DNA of 64,000 bases, taken from assembly GCA_012365435.1 (NCBI GenBank), contig GCA_012365435.1_4518.1; one strand, given 5' to 3'. Each line of letters opens with the position of its first letter. Position 1 is the first letter of the stretch. The position numbers and the translations under genes were made by a program. Origin of the DNA: a phage. Positions 1 to 10,000 of this stretch are shown one piece after another. The notes beneath the pieces were generated by a model. That model worked only from the letters and a program-made list of their open reading frames with translations, did no database searches and was not told where the DNA came from.

Positions 1-2
1 AT

Positions 3-269
3 ATAGAAATTCCTGCTGGTGCTGACGGGTTCACGATTTATTGTTATCGTACAGCTCCAGTCGGGCAAGGTGGATTAAGAAACGTTATATTCACTGAAGT
101 ATCATGTAATGGAAGCGTTTCAAAACCTGCCGAGTTTGGTATAAACGGTATTCGTGTAAATTATGTTTCAGAATCTTTAAGTACCCCAGACATAATGACA
201 CTACCTACTCAATCTTCAACTGATACTGGTAAGGTATTTGGACAAGAATTTAAAGAAGAATCAGAATAA
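3..269 (+). CDS. 35: Long tail fibre protein gp35-like, C-terminal fragment (5' end outside window)
   Basis: Frame open from window edge to TAA at 267-269; lies directly upstream of gp36 homologue; synteny 35-36-37-38. Confidence 0.5.
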   Translation: MEIPAGADGFTIYCYRTAPVGQGGLRNVIFTEVSCNGSVSKPAEFGINGIRVNYVSESLSTPDIMTLPTQSSTDTGKVFGQEFKEESE

Positions 270-274
270 ATTTA

Positions 275-298
275 GGGAGACTTCGGTCTCCCATTTTT
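275..298 (+). terminator. Rho-independent terminator after gene 35, C(UUCG)G hairpin plus T-run
   Basis: gggagaC-TTCG-Gtctccc perfect 7-bp stem followed by ATTTTTGT. Confidence 0.6.
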
Positions 299-299
299 G

Positions 300-307
300 T
301 ATAAATA
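300..307 (+). promoter_or_regulatory. T4-type late promoter (TATAAATA) for gene 36
   Basis: Exact TATAAATA about 25 nt upstream of gene 36 ATG, followed by AGGAG RBS. Confidence 0.55.
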
Positions 308-331
308 TGGTATACATATAAGGAGACAACT

Positions 332-997
332 ATGGCCGATTTAAAAGCTGGTAGTACAACTGGCGGTGCCGTTATATGGCATCAAGGTAATTTCCCTTTA
401 ATGCCAGCAGGTGATGACGTCCTGTATAAAACGTTTAAACTCTATTCAGAATATAATAAACCACAAGCGGCTGATAACGATTTCGTTTCTAAAGCTAATG
501 GTGGTACGTATGCCGCTCGAGTAACATTTAATAATGGTGTGCAAGTACCTTATGCCGTAAATAACACAAATCAAAGTGGTATTTATCCTGGCAATGGCGA
601 TGCTGCTACTTTTGATACAGCAAATATTGATATTGTTTCATGGTATGGCATTGGTTTTAAATCATCACAAGGATCTGCAGGTAGAACTGTTGTTGTTAAC
701 ACTCGTACTGGTGATATCAGCACTAAAGGTGGTATTTATGCAACTGGTCCTGTCCGTTCTAACGCTACTGCTCCGGTTGCAGCAAATGATCTCACAAGAA
801 AAGATTATGTTGATGGACGAATAAATATTGTTACGGATAACGCAAATTCCCGTGTATTGCGTAAAGGCGATACCATGACTGGTACTTTAACAGCACCAAA
901 CTTTTTCTCACAGAATCCGGCGTCTGAGGCTAATCATGTTCCTCGTTTCGACCAGATTGTAATTAAAGATTCTGTTCAAGATTTCGGCTATTATTAA
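332..997 (+). CDS. 36: Long tail fibre hinge connector gp36
   Basis: 221 aa, same length and strong resemblance to T4 gp36; strong RBS; position between 35 and 37. Confidence 0.85.
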   Translation: MADLKAGSTTGGAVIWHQGNFPLMPAGDDVLYKTFKLYSEYNKPQAADNDFVSKANGGTYAARVTFNNGVQVPYAVNNTNQSGIYPGNGDAATFDTANIDIVSWYGIGFKSSQGSAGRTVVVNTRTGDISTKGGIYATGPVRSNATAPVAANDLTRKDYVDGRINIVTDNANSRVLRKGDTMTGTLTAPNFFSQNPASEANHVPRFDQIVIKDSVQDFGYY

Positions 998-1005
998 GAG
1001 GACTT

Positions 1006-4000
1006 ATGGCTACATTAAAACAGATACAATTTAAAAGAAGCAAAGTAGCAGGAGTTAATCCTACTGCAGCACAATTAGCCGAAGGCGAATTAGCGATAAA
1101 CTTAAAAGATCGAACTCTTTTTACTAAAGATGACCTCGGTAATATTATTAGCCTAGGCTTTGCTAAGGGTGGGGATATTAACGGTAATGTAACTCAAAAC
1201 GGCGATTATACACAAACTGGAAAATTTAATTTAATTGGTCCGCAAATTGTAGCAAGCGGTGGATATATTGAGTTTAATTATCGTACGACTGGAAGCGGCT
1301 CGTGGTCTGGTCAACACGCTGCAAAAGCTCCAATTTTTGTAGATTTGAGCTCCGCTACTTCTACATCTGAATATAATCCTATAATTAAACAACGCTTTAA
1401 AGATGGAACTTTTTCATTAGGTACTTTAGTTTCTGAAGGTTCATTAAAATTCCATTACATTAATGAGGCAGGTGAATCTAAATATTGGACATTTGCGCGC
1501 TCAGGTAATTTTCAAGTTGATTCTGGTAATTTATTAGTATCTGGTGGGTATTTAGTCGCTCAGAATAATATTGAAACAAGAACAGGTTCTTTGATTGGTC
1601 CACAGGTTATTACTAAAAATATCAACTTGAGCTCTAAATCTTGGGCTACTAACACTGATATAGCTTATGACGTTGTTTCATTACCGACTTGGCAGTATAC
1701 TCCAACCGAAACGGATTTGGATACTAATGGTATAAACTACCTTCGTAAATTCCGCGGACATGTTTCTTCTGCTATTTTCCATGAAGTTGCTGATGCTCGT
1801 TCAGGTAAACCACAGAATATTTCGTATTGGACGGGACGTAATGCCGAAGTTTATCAATGGTCTTATACCACAGATGGGCGTATGTCTGTTGCTAATTCGA
1901 TAGGTATAGGTCTTGCTGATGTTGGTGACCAAGGACGTTATCCATTGGTTTCGTTTGGTAAAGGTATTGCAATTGGTGACAATGATACTGGTATTAAATG
2001 GGTTCGTGACGGTGTTATTGATTTGATTGCTAATGGTATTTCGTCCGGCACAATAATCAGTAATGGTATTAATAGTACAAAGAAATTGATGGTCGGTTAT
2101 AGTCGAGATTCTGGTTCTACTTGGGATTACCCAAATAACAACCAAGCAATGTTTACTGCGCGTACCGATGTTGATGGTAATAATAACGGCGATGGACAGA
2201 CTCATATCGGTTATAGCAGCAATGCCAAGATGTATCACTATTTCCGCGGTACAGGTCGTATGTCCGTTAGTATGGGCGATGGACTTCTTGTTGAGCCTGG
2301 CATTTTAGATATTAAAACCGGTTCTAATAGCGTTGCTATTAGAGCAGACGGAACAATTAACTCCACCCAACGTATTTCAATGCGTACGGGCTTGTTTTTA
2401 AATGGTGATGATAATACCAATGCTTTGTCATTTAAAGCGCCTACAGGTGTTGACGGGACAAAAACCATTACCTGGGATGCAGGTACTCGTAATGGTCAGA
2501 ATAAAAATACTGTAACCATTAAAGCATGGGGTAACTCATTTAACGCTGAAAAGGGCAATAGAGAAACTGTATTTGAAGTATCAGATTCACAAGGTTATTA
2601 TTTTTATGCTCAACGTACCAACCCGGCTTCTGGTGAAACAGTAGGTCCGGTTAACTTTAAATTTAACGGAACTGTCGAAACAGGCAATATCATAGGCCTT
2701 GGTAATATAAGTGCCTCCGGTACAGGTTCTTTTGGTGGCAATGTTACTATGTCTAACGGTTTGTTTGTCCAAGGTGGTTCTTCTATTACTGGACAAGTTA
2801 AAATTGGTGGAACAGCTGATGCATTAAGAATTTGGAATGCTGAATATGGCGCAATTTTCCGTCGTTCAGAAAGTAATCTTTATATTATCCCGACTCTTAA
2901 AGATGCTGGAGAATCAGGCGGTATAAGTAATCTTAGACCATTGATAATAGAACTGAACACTGGCACAGTTAAAATGTCGCATGATGTTCATTTAGGAGAT
3001 TCTGGATCTGGTACAGGATTATTACAAGTAAGTAATAGTCTTAAAACTATTAAAATGATATGTCCAGTAACTATTAATGAACGTAATGCAGCGCTTACTC
3101 TAGATTCTCCTTCATCTTCTTCTGCTAATTATTTACAGGGTTCTAAAGCTGGAACTAGATCGTGGTATGTTGGTCTCGGTGGCTCTGGAAATGATTTATC
3201 AGTTTATAGTCAATCTTATGGACATGGTCTTGTTATAAGCGATAATTTCGTGTCAATTAGTAAACCTCTTAAAGTTGGAAATGCACAACTAGGAACTGAC
3301 GGTAATATTACTGGTGGTTCTGGTAATTTTGCCAACTTAAATAGTACAATTGAATCACTTAAAACTGATATTGTCTCAAGTTATCCAATTGGTGCTCCGA
3401 TTCCTTGGCCTACTGATACACCTCCTGAAGGTTATGCCATAATGGAAGGTCAAACATTTGATGTCGACTTGTATCCTAAGTTAGCTGCAGTGTATCCTTC
3501 CGGCGCTCTGCCTGATATGCGTGGTCAAACTATCAAGGGTAAACCATCTGGGCGTGCTGTATTAAGTACAGAAGCAGACGGTGTTAAGTCACATAGCCAT
3601 AGTGCAAGTGCATCAAGCACAGATTTGGGTACTAAGACCACTTCTAGTTTTGATTACGGTAGCAAAACGACTTCAAGCTTTGATTATGGTACTAAAACCA
3701 GTAATACTACTGGTAACCATAGCCATACAGTGAGTGGTACTACGAGTACGGCAGGTAATCATAATCACAGAGACGGCCGTCGATTTAACCCCAGTATTTT
3801 TAAAGATACTTATCAATATGGTTATACAAGCTCAGGTCAAAATACCTGGGGTGTACAAGGCTCAGTAGGTATGTCTATGGGGTGGTTAGCTAATACCAGT
3901 ACAGATGGTAATCATAGCCATACTTGGTCAGGAACCACGAGTACTACAGGTAACCATGCTCATACAGTAGGTATTGGCGCCCATGCTCATACAGTGGGTA

Positions 4001-4125
4001 TTGGTGCTCATTCCCATACTGTTGCAATTGGTTCCCATGGACACACAATAACTGTAAATGCCACAGGAAATACAGAAAACACAGTTAAAAACGTTGCTTT
4101 TAACTATATCGTTCGTTTAGCATAA
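1006..4125 (+). CDS. 37: Long tail fibre distal subunit gp37 with C-terminal His-box receptor-binding tip
   Basis: 1039 aa, Gly/Ser/Thr/Asn-rich fibre composition, repeated GNHSHT/GNHAHT HxH boxes near C-terminus as in T4 gp37; synteny. Confidence 0.9.
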   Translation: MATLKQIQFKRSKVAGVNPTAAQLAEGELAINLKDRTLFTKDDLGNIISLGFAKGGDINGNVTQNGDYTQTGKFNLIGPQIVASGGYIEFNYRTTGSGSWSGQHAAKAPIFVDLSSATSTSEYNPIIKQRFKDGTFSLGTLVSEGSLKFHYINEAGESKYWTFARSGNFQVDSGNLLVSGGYLVAQNNIETRTGSLIGPQVITKNINLSSKSWATNTDIAYDVVSLPTWQYTPTETDLDTNGINYLRKFRGHVSSAIFHEVADARSGKPQNISYWTGRNAEVYQWSYTTDGRMSVANSIGIGLADVGDQGRYPLVSFGKGIAIGDNDTGIKWVRDGVIDLIANGISSGTIISNGINSTKKLMVGYSRDSGSTWDYPNNNQAMFTARTDVDGNNNGDGQTHIGYSSNAKMYHYFRGTGRMSVSMGDGLLVEPGILDIKTGSNSVAIRADGTINSTQRISMRTGLFLNGDDNTNALSFKAPTGVDGTKTITWDAGTRNGQNKNTVTIKAWGNSFNAEKGNRETVFEVSDSQGYYFYAQRTNPASGETVGPVNFKFNGTVETGNIIGLGNISASGTGSFGGNVTMSNGLFVQGGSSITGQVKIGGTADALRIWNAEYGAIFRRSESNLYIIPTLKDAGESGGISNLRPLIIELNTGTVKMSHDVHLGDSGSGTGLLQVSNSLKTIKMICPVTINERNAALTLDSPSSSSANYLQGSKAGTRSWYVGLGGSGNDLSVYSQSYGHGLVISDNFVSISKPLKVGNAQLGTDGNITGGSGNFANLNSTIESLKTDIVSSYPIGAPIPWPTDTPPEGYAIMEGQTFDVDLYPKLAAVYPSGALPDMRGQTIKGKPSGRAVLSTEADGVKSHSHSASASSTDLGTKTTSSFDYGSKTTSSFDYGTKTSNTTGNHSHTVSGTTSTAGNHNHRDGRRFNPSIFKDTYQYGYTSSGQNTWGVQGSVGMSMGWLANTSTDGNHSHTWSGTTSTTGNHAHTVGIGAHAHTVGIGAHSHTVAIGSHGHTITVNATGNTENTVKNVAFNYIVRLA

Positions 4126-4130
4126 GGAGA

Positions 4131-4150
4131 AGGGACTTCTGTCCCTTTTT
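4131..4150 (+). terminator. Short hairpin plus T5 after gene 37 (weak terminator or RNA structure)
   Basis: gggac-ttct-gtccc followed by TTTTT just after gene 37 stop; stem only 5 bp. Confidence 0.35.
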
Positions 4151-4155
4151 ATAAT

Positions 4156-4707
4156 ATGAAACTCTATCACTATTATTTTGACACTAAAGAATTTTACAAA
4201 GAAGAAAATTATAAACCATTAAAAGGCGTAGGATTTCCGGCTCATTCAACACCAAAAAAACCTTTAGTCCCTAAAGAAGGCTATGCTGTTATATTTGACG
4301 AACGCGAGCAAGAATGGGTATATGTTGAAGACCATCGTGGAAAAACAGTATGGACTTATGATAAGCAAAAAATTGTTATTGACACTCCAGGTGCTCTTCA
4401 AAATGTTACTACAGAAGAACCTGGCGAATTTGACATTTGGACCGGCGACGGGTGGAAGGAAGATGAAGCATATAAACGCGTAGTTCAACGTGATAAGAAA
4501 ATTCATGAACTCTATAAATTATTCAGTGTTTTAAGTTCTCTTATTGACGCAGAGGTTGCTAATAGAGAAGAAAAACGAAAATTTAAAGAGCTCAAAAAAT
4601 TCTTTGCCCTTTTAGAAAAACATGAACATCTTGGCGGTGAATTCCCTAAATTCCCTGACCTTGAAAACAAATCTATTGTCAAAGCGATTATAAATATCTT
4701 TAAGTAA
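4156..4707 (+). CDS. 38: Tail fibre assembly chaperone gp38 (T4 type)
   Basis: 183 aa, N-terminus MKLYHYYFDTKEFYKEENYKP matches T4 gp38; follows gene 37. Confidence 0.8.
   Translation: MKLYHYYFDTKEFYKEENYKPLKGVGFPAHSTPKKPLVPKEGYAVIFDEREQEWVYVEDHRGKTVWTYDKQKIVIDTPGALQNVTTEEPGEFDIWTGDGWKEDEAYKRVVQRDKKIHELYKLFSVLSSLIDAEVANREEKRKFKELKKFFALLEKHEHLGGEFPKFPDLENKSIVKAIINIFK
4689..4696 (+). promoter_or_regulatory. T4-type late promoter (TATAAATA) for holin gene t
   Basis: Exact TATAAATA inside 3' end of gene 38, about 20 nt upstream of t ATG and AGGAGG RBS. Confidence 0.5.
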
Positions 4708-4716
4708 GGAGGTATT

Positions 4717-5376
4717 ATGGCAACACCAAAAGTATCATTTTCGCCTAGTGATATTCTATTTGGGTTGCTAGATCGTATTTTCAAAGATAACGCTACTGGA
4801 AAGGTTTTAATGTCTCGAGTAGCGGTAATTATTCTTTTGTTCCTAATGGCACTAATATGGTACAAAGGAAGTATTTTGCTGGATTATTATGTAAGAGCTA
4901 AGTATGATACTTATACTGAAATAATCCAAAAAGAACGAGCTTTACGTTTTGAATCTGCGGCTCTAGAACAACTGCAAATAGTTCATATCTCATCTGGTGC
5001 AGATTTTAGTGCTGTGTATTCTTTCAGACCTAAAAACTTAAATTATTTTGTCGACCTTATAGCTTATGAAGGCAAACTACCTAGCACAATTTCTGAAAAG
5101 TCCCTTGGCGGATTCCCAGTGGATAAAACGGCCGATGAATATATAATTCATTTAAGTGGCCGTCATTTCTCGTCTAAATCAGAATTTGCATTTTTGCCTA
5201 CAAAATCTAAAACTGCCGAACTTTCTTATATGTATAGTTGTCCATACTTTAATTTGGATAACATCTATGCTGGAACTGTGACGATGTATTGGTATAAGGG
5301 GAATAATATACTTGAGGAAGATCGCTTAGCGGCTATATGCAACCAAGCGGTCCGAATACTAGGAAGGGCTAAATAA
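4717..5376 (+). CDS. t: Holin t
   Basis: 219 aa; N-terminal TM segment; extensive identity to T4 holin T as recalled; position after gene 38. Confidence 0.85.
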   Translation: MATPKVSFSPSDILFGLLDRIFKDNATGKVLMSRVAVIILLFLMALIWYKGSILLDYYVRAKYDTYTEIIQKERALRFESAALEQLQIVHISSGADFSAVYSFRPKNLNYFVDLIAYEGKLPSTISEKSLGGFPVDKTADEYIIHLSGRHFSSKSEFAFLPTKSKTAELSYMYSCPYFNLDNIYAGTVTMYWYKGNNILEEDRLAAICNQAVRILGRAK

Positions 5377-5649
5377 TTAGTTGTTAGAATACATCGCTAA
5401 ATGACGATAAATATTTTCAAAACCTTCATTGAATTCACTAATCAGTGTTTTCTTTTCTTCGGCAGTTAAATTTGTAATTAGTTTTCTAAAAGAATTCTGA
5501 TTTAGCTGCCGACCATCTTTTTTAATTCCAATCTCATTCAAGAATCCGATGAAACTTGCTCGGTCTTCAACAATATCTTCCCTAGAGAATTTAATCAAAA
5601 TAGAAGCAATAGTAATAATTTCACGTACGATTTCAATGTCTTTATTCAT
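5377..5649 (-). CDS. asiA: Anti-sigma70 factor AsiA
   Basis: 90 aa, near-identical to T4 AsiA (MNKxIxxVREIITxASILIKFSREDIVE...) as recalled. Confidence 0.85.
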   Translation of the reverse strand: MNKDIEIVREIITIASILIKFSREDIVEDRASFIGFLNEIGIKKDGRQLNQNSFRKLITNLTAEEKKTLISEFNEGFENIYRHLAMYSNN

Positions 5650-5683
5650 AACGTTTTATTCATTCCACTTAATTGATAGGAGT

Positions 5684-5712
5684 ATAGTACCATTATCAGT
5701 GTTGATTGTAAA
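5684..5712 (-). promoter_or_regulatory. Putative early promoter upstream of asiA
   Basis: On - strand GTTTACA, 17 nt, TACTAT; located about 35 nt upstream of asiA start. Confidence 0.45.
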
Positions 5713-5846
5713 CGGCTTTTTCTACGCTTTTAACGTAATCAATGTAGTCTTCCTGTTCATACGAGTGTAAGACCAAGAATTGAACTAATAGTTCATTATA
5801 GACTAAAGCCTCACGCTCACGTTCGGCCTCTACTACGTTCTGAAGA

Positions 5847-6146
5847 TTATGACTCATATCGTTCCTTATAACTATCAATATAGTCCTGTATGTCGAAAAA
5901 CGACATTTCATATTCTAGGGCGTTAAGAGCCCGTTCTTCAGTATAGTCAGAACCAAAGACGATAGTGATTTCACCAGGCTTCATATGATTGAAATCGACA
6001 CTAAAAGGAATACGAGAACATACTTCGTCTGCCATATCTACGATAACACTACGACACACTTCTCGGTTAACCTGATAAAGCTCTGCAAGTTCTTCACATC
6101 GAATAACAAGTTCAGTGGCAGGATTTTCTTTGATTTTAGTAAGCAT
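5847..6146 (-). CDS. Acidic 99-aa protein at the arn position (possible DNA-mimic anti-restriction protein)
   Basis: ORF track; strongly acidic composition; position immediately after asiA as T4 arn. Confidence 0.45.
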   Translation of the reverse strand: MLTKIKENPATELVIRCEELAELYQVNREVCRSVIVDMADEVCSRIPFSVDFNHMKPGEITIVFGSDYTEERALNALEYEMSFFDIQDYIDSYKERYES

Positions 6147-6220
6147 AGTCTTTACCCTTATGTTTTTGTTTACGTTTAGATTGAAGTTCTGATTTCTTTT
6201 TGTCCTTATGGACGGAAGCC

Positions 6221-6448
6221 TTATTGAAATCGTGTTTTGCTACAAGATTGTTCATAATGATTTATAACCTCATTTAAACATTTGTCTGTGAAAGAAAACT
6301 TTTTAGCCACAGAACATTCGATAATGTGCTCTTTCAAATCTTTAGAGTCAGTATAACCCATCTCAGTAATAAAGTGGCGAATTAAAGCTTTATTCTTATC
6401 ATTAACAGAATTAAAATAATCTGCTTTAGAATCAATTATTCTCATCAT
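6221..6448 (-). CDS. Hypothetical protein (75 aa)
   Basis: ORF track, - strand operon context between arn-like gene and motA. Confidence 0.4.
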   Translation of the reverse strand: MMRIIDSKADYFNSVNDKNKALIRHFITEMGYTDSKDLKEHIIECSVAKKFSFTDKCLNEVINHYEQSCSKTRFQ

Positions 6449-6713
6449 CTAATTTCCTTAATTGATACTGCAACGAGCTAATAATTTCTTCGTTCATTTT
6501 AATATACATGTCGCGCAAGAAAGGTTTTAACCCATCACGAATAATTGCTAACGTATCACCTTTACATAAATTAACCAAATAAGGATGGTCTAAAGCATCC
6601 CAACCAGGCTGATTAGCATACATACCATAATTTTCTTCCATCATAGCATTCAGGCGTTTGATATGATTAATGTTGGCTTCAATAGCATCAATCTGGAGTT
6701 GTTTAAGATTCAT
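6432..6713 (-). CDS. Hypothetical protein (93 aa)
   Basis: ORF track, tightly packed with neighbours on same strand. Confidence 0.45.
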   Translation of the reverse strand: MNLKQLQIDAIEANINHIKRLNAMMEENYGMYANQPGWDALDHPYLVNLCKGDTLAIIRDGLKPFLRDMYIKMNEEIISSLQYQLRKLDDENN

Positions 6714-7174
6714 TAGTAAAGGTCCTCAGAGTAAAGTTCTTTTTCATTACCACCACGTTCAATACGTACTTGTCCAGCGTAAGTTGCAATAATCATTGCT
6801 TCTTCACGTGTCCAATAATTACTATATTGGTCAATAAACCCTTGGTCATCATCACAAACTTGTTGAGTAACTAATTGAGGTTTAACTACATCTAAAACTT
6901 CTGCCATATCTTTAGAATAATGACGAGCACCTGGAATAATAAGAGTTCGTCCATCTTTTAATTTAAACCGGTTGGCTGCGCAGACAATTCGTCGTTGATA
7001 CTTTTGGTTTTCATCCCAATACAGAGTCTGCCAACAGATTTCAGGAACTTCATCTAAAACATTTTGTTCTGTATATTCACCACCGTAAGAAGCTAATTTA
7101 GCAGCCAGACTTTCCGGAGTCTCACGCGACAAAGCTTTATCTAACAGAGCTAAACGTTCTTTAAAAGTTTTCAT
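6713..7174 (-). CDS. Hypothetical protein (153 aa)
   Basis: ORF track; stop/start overlap with flanking genes. Confidence 0.5.
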   Translation of the reverse strand: MKTFKERLALLDKALSRETPESLAAKLASYGGEYTEQNVLDEVPEICWQTLYWDENQKYQRRIVCAANRFKLKDGRTLIIPGARHYSKDMAEVLDVVKPQLVTQQVCDDDQGFIDQYSNYWTREEAMIIATYAGQVRIERGGNEKELYSEDLY

Positions 7175-7500
7175 TTAAACCATTCCTTAATACGTTGCCA
7201 AATAGATTTTTGTGCTTGTTTATTTACACCAATCGAACGAATAACCGGTTGTGACTGCTGATATTCTTTATAATCTTCTTTATAGATTTCGTAAGCTGCA
7301 TCAACAAATGAACTGATCGCTGCCATAAAGTTTTTACGAAGACCAAATGGCGCGTCATTATTTTCACGAATAACCGTATATTGGCCTGCTTTAATCTTTA
7401 CAATTGTCCCTAAATAAGCCCCGTGATACCAAATATCCCATCCTTCCTGAGTAGGTTCTGCACATTTACGAAGTTCGTTAATAATATTCAGCTTATTCAT
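7171..7500 (-). CDS. Hypothetical protein (109 aa)
   Basis: ORF track; overlaps upstream gene by 4 nt. Confidence 0.5.
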   Translation of the reverse strand: MNKLNIINELRKCAEPTQEGWDIWYHGAYLGTIVKIKAGQYTVIRENNDAPFGLRKNFMAAISSFVDAAYEIYKEDYKEYQQSQPVIRSIGVNKQAQKSIWQRIKEWFK

Positions 7501-7510
7501 TATGTATTCC

Positions 7511-8143
7511 TCACAGTACGTTAGTTACAAGGGTAATGATTTCTTTAGACACATTAGGGAAGTCGATGTAAGTATATTTACCACCGATCTTAATCTTAAC
7601 ATCATTTTCAAGAGAAGTAAACAGCTTTGATTCAGTTTCTGACATGTTGTATGCAAAGATTCTAAGAGAACCATCTCGACGAATTTCAATTTGGCGAATG
7701 CCTAGAACTCGTTTAGCGAATCGAACTTCTAAGTTACTACGGTTTTCACCAATTTCTTTAACTTCAACTTTATCTTTAATATTTTCAAAAACAAAGTTTG
7801 CTAATTCATGCATTTCAGGAGTAACTCCACGTGCTTTTCTGGTGTTACGTTTCTGAAGAAGTTCTGGAGCATTTTCTTGAGCAAATAGGTCTGCAGCTTT
7901 TTGGATAATATCCATTGCTTCGCCTGTTGCTACAAGTCCATCACCGGATTTTTCGACTAAACCTTTCTTAATCAATACACCAATGTTAGAGTTAACAACC
8001 GATGCATTGTATTCTGCTTCCAGAGCTTCACGGACATTGGCAGCAGTGGTGAAGTTGTTCTTAATGATATAAACCATTATTGCAGCAGTTTTTTCATTCA
8101 GAGCGTTTTCAGAAGCTTTGATGATGTAAGTAACTTTAGACAT
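7511..8143 (-). CDS. motA: Middle-transcription activator MotA
   Basis: From MSKVTYIIKAS (ATG at 8141-8143) 210 aa, matches T4 MotA N-terminus and length; track ORF extends upstream from a probable non-ATG codon. Confidence 0.8.
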   Translation of the reverse strand: MSKVTYIIKASENALNEKTAAIMVYIIKNNFTTAANVREALEAEYNASVVNSNIGVLIKKGLVEKSGDGLVATGEAMDIIQKAADLFAQENAPELLQKRNTRKARGVTPEMHELANFVFENIKDKVEVKEIGENRSNLEVRFAKRVLGIRQIEIRRDGSLRIFAYNMSETESKLFTSLENDVKIKIGGKYTYIDFPNVSKEIITLVTNVL

Positions 8144-8182
8144 TTTATTTCTCCAATTTGGTTGTTTTGTTTTGATAGGTCT

Positions 8183-8210
8183 ATAATATCGTGTTTGAAG
8201 CAAAAGTAAA
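8183..8210 (-). promoter_or_regulatory. Early promoter upstream of motA
   Basis: - strand GTTTACT, 16-17 nt, TATTAT, about 40 nt upstream of motA ATG. Confidence 0.5.
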
Positions 8211-8220
8211 CTGTTTTTGT

Positions 8221-8256
8221 GAGAAAAAAATGCACAAAAGGGAGCTTCGGCTCCCT
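8221..8256 (-). terminator. Terminator downstream of gene 52
   Basis: Perfect 7-bp stem agggagc/gctccct with 4-nt loop followed on - strand by U-rich tract. Confidence 0.55.
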
Positions 8257-8331
8257 AATCATGTTTGTCCAACCAATACAGCCAAATCACTAGTGCAGCT
8301 ATTGCACCGAGAAATCCTAAGGCTAGGGCAC

Positions 8332-9657
8332 TCAAAGTGCCTCCAAGTCTTTAGTGTACTCTGTCACAACATCAGTAGACTTCCAATACTCATTTTCTTC
8401 TTTCTTAGCTTTAGCTTCTTCTGCTAGTTTACGTGCTTCGTCGGAAGTGATATGGAAGATGTTAAGACCCACCAGTTTATCGACATGTTCTTTGTACATT
8501 TCGATTTGTGCTAGCTCTTCAGTCAAAGCTTTACGAGTCTTGCCCTGAATCACGATTTCACCGTTGATAACTTTTTTGATGAAGTGTGCCTTAGCAAAAG
8601 CCAGTTTAAATGCTTTTTCAGATTCAAGGATTTTGTTGTCAATACGTTTCTGAACGTAAGTCTTACGGACTTCAACAAAATCTTTGATTAAGTCTACTAC
8701 ATTATCGTAGACCGCTAATTTACCCTTTTCATTAATCACTGTGATGTTTTGTGAACGACGTTCGATGAGACTAAAATCTTTCATGATTTTTTCATGACGT
8801 AGCTCTTCGTCATCTGGAAGCGAGTACTCTTTACGGAACTTCACCTTAAACCCAAAGCCGTGTTCACCACAATCATCTTCCCATGAGATTAGACCTTTGT
8901 CTTCCAACGGGTCAAGAACTTTACTCACATACGTTTCACGGTCGAATTTATATGGGATTTCAGTTATCTGCATTTGAGTACGAGATGTGAACTTGTATGT
9001 TCCGTGAATCTCATAACGCCCATCAACTTCATGCACTTCACCACGGAATTCCGGGAATTCAACTTTTGGCTTAATGACATTTTTACCTTGAAGAGCTTGT
9101 AATACAGCCTTTTTGACCGATTTAAAACTATGAGGCAGAATATTTGTTGCGTAACCGGTTGCAATACCAGAGACGCCATTCAAAAGAACTGTCGGAATAA
9201 TAGGAAGATAGAATTTTGGTGGAACGTGTTCTTTATCTTCATGAGCTGGAGCATATTCAGTATCTTTATATACGTTATAGAAATTTTTACTTACACGAGC
9301 AAAAATATAACGAGATGCTGCAGCTTTTTGGACTGTTCTAGAACCAAAGTTGCCTTGGCCATCTAACAGTGGATAGTTGTTGTTCCATGTGTTAGCCATC
9401 AATGCACCTGCATCTTGTGCAGAAGATTCACCATGGTGATAACCTAAATCTGCAACACCGCCTGCAATTGACGCAAGTTTATGAAATTTTTCTTTATTAC
9501 CACGAGCCAAATCTAACGCACGATGGACCACAAAACGTTGAACCGGCTTAAATCCATCAATCATGTTTGGGATTGCACGGTTTTCAACGGTGTACATCGC
9601 ATATGCTAAGGCTTCGTTATCAATAATACTTTTTAGATTACGAGAATTCAATTGCAT
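8332..9657 (-). CDS. 52: Topoisomerase II medium subunit gp52
   Basis: 441 aa, strong identity to T4 gp52 (GyrA-like breakage-reunion domain) as recalled. Confidence 0.9.
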   Translation of the reverse strand: MQLNSRNLKSIIDNEALAYAMYTVENRAIPNMIDGFKPVQRFVVHRALDLARGNKEKFHKLASIAGGVADLGYHHGESSAQDAGALMANTWNNNYPLLDGQGNFGSRTVQKAAASRYIFARVSKNFYNVYKDTEYAPAHEDKEHVPPKFYLPIIPTVLLNGVSGIATGYATNILPHSFKSVKKAVLQALQGKNVIKPKVEFPEFRGEVHEVDGRYEIHGTYKFTSRTQMQITEIPYKFDRETYVSKVLDPLEDKGLISWEDDCGEHGFGFKVKFRKEYSLPDDEELRHEKIMKDFSLIERRSQNITVINEKGKLAVYDNVVDLIKDFVEVRKTYVQKRIDNKILESEKAFKLAFAKAHFIKKVINGEIVIQGKTRKALTEELAQIEMYKEHVDKLVGLNIFHITSDEARKLAEEAKAKKEENEYWKSTDVVTEYTKDLEAL

Positions 9658-9661
9658 ATTT

Positions 9662-9802
9662 TCACCATATTAATGAACGAATATCCATTATAACATCTGA
9701 AATGAAAAGCACTACTTGGATTAGTCCAAACATCACACCGTAGTACAGAACCGTAAGCAACAGCAGGAGCCCGAAGGCTCCTGCTAAGATTTTCTTAATC
9801 AT
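9662..9802 (-). CDS. Small hydrophobic ORF (46 aa), doubtful
   Basis: ATG overlaps upstream stop (TAATG); hydrophobic; but contains a stable UUCG hairpin so may be intercistronic. Confidence 0.3.
   Translation of the reverse strand: MIKKILAGAFGLLLLLTVLYYGVMFGLIQVVLFISDVIMDIRSLIW
9762..9785 (-). other. Stable C(UUCG)G RNA hairpin, 10-bp perfect stem
   Basis: agcaggagcc-cgaa-ggctcctgct on + strand; reads UUCG loop in - strand transcript; no U-run after. Confidence 0.45.
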
Positions 9803-9948
9803 TACTCGCCTTTTAACACGTTAAGAAGAGCTAAGACCGCTAAGGTACCTTGTGATACCGCCTGTTGAAATACTGTTGTTTCGCCTGTAACTAAAGTGTT
9901 AACGAATAAAAACGACCAACACAGCAATGCAATAATCCATGCTACCAT
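9802..9948 (-). CDS. Small hydrophobic membrane protein (48 aa) in ac/stp region
   Basis: ATG with GAGGT RBS; hydrophobic MVAWIIALLCWSFLF; between 52 and ndd. Confidence 0.4.
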   Translation of the reverse strand: MVAWIIALLCWSFLFVNTLVTGETTVFQQAVSQGTLAVLALLNVLKGE

Positions 9949-9959
9949 TTTAATTACCT

Positions 9960-9993
9960 CAAAAATAAATTAAAGGCCTAACTTAATAGGCCT
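9960..9993 (-). terminator. Terminator downstream of ndd
   Basis: 7-bp stem aggccta/taggcct, 6-nt loop, followed on - strand by UUAAUUUAUUUUU. Confidence 0.5.
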
Positions 9994-10000
9994 GTATAAA

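Noticed and set aside
576-824. Nested and antisense ORFs from the six-frame track, for example 576-824 inside gene 36, 1801-2468 antisense to gene 37, 13694-14250 within rIIA and 45243-46002 within gene 43
   Set aside because: Each lies wholly inside a well-supported gene on the same or opposite strand, has no RBS and has low-complexity composition; treated as chance ORFs.
3590-4060. Repetitive GNHSHT-type units as a possible CRISPR array or tandem DNA repeat
   Set aside because: The repeats are in-frame coding sequence of gp37 (His boxes), imperfect at the DNA level and without spacer-repeat architecture.
5696-5911. 71-aa ORF between asiA and the arn-like gene
   Set aside because: It overlaps the arn-like ORF at one end and the asiA promoter at the other, with no convincing RBS; probably not a gene.
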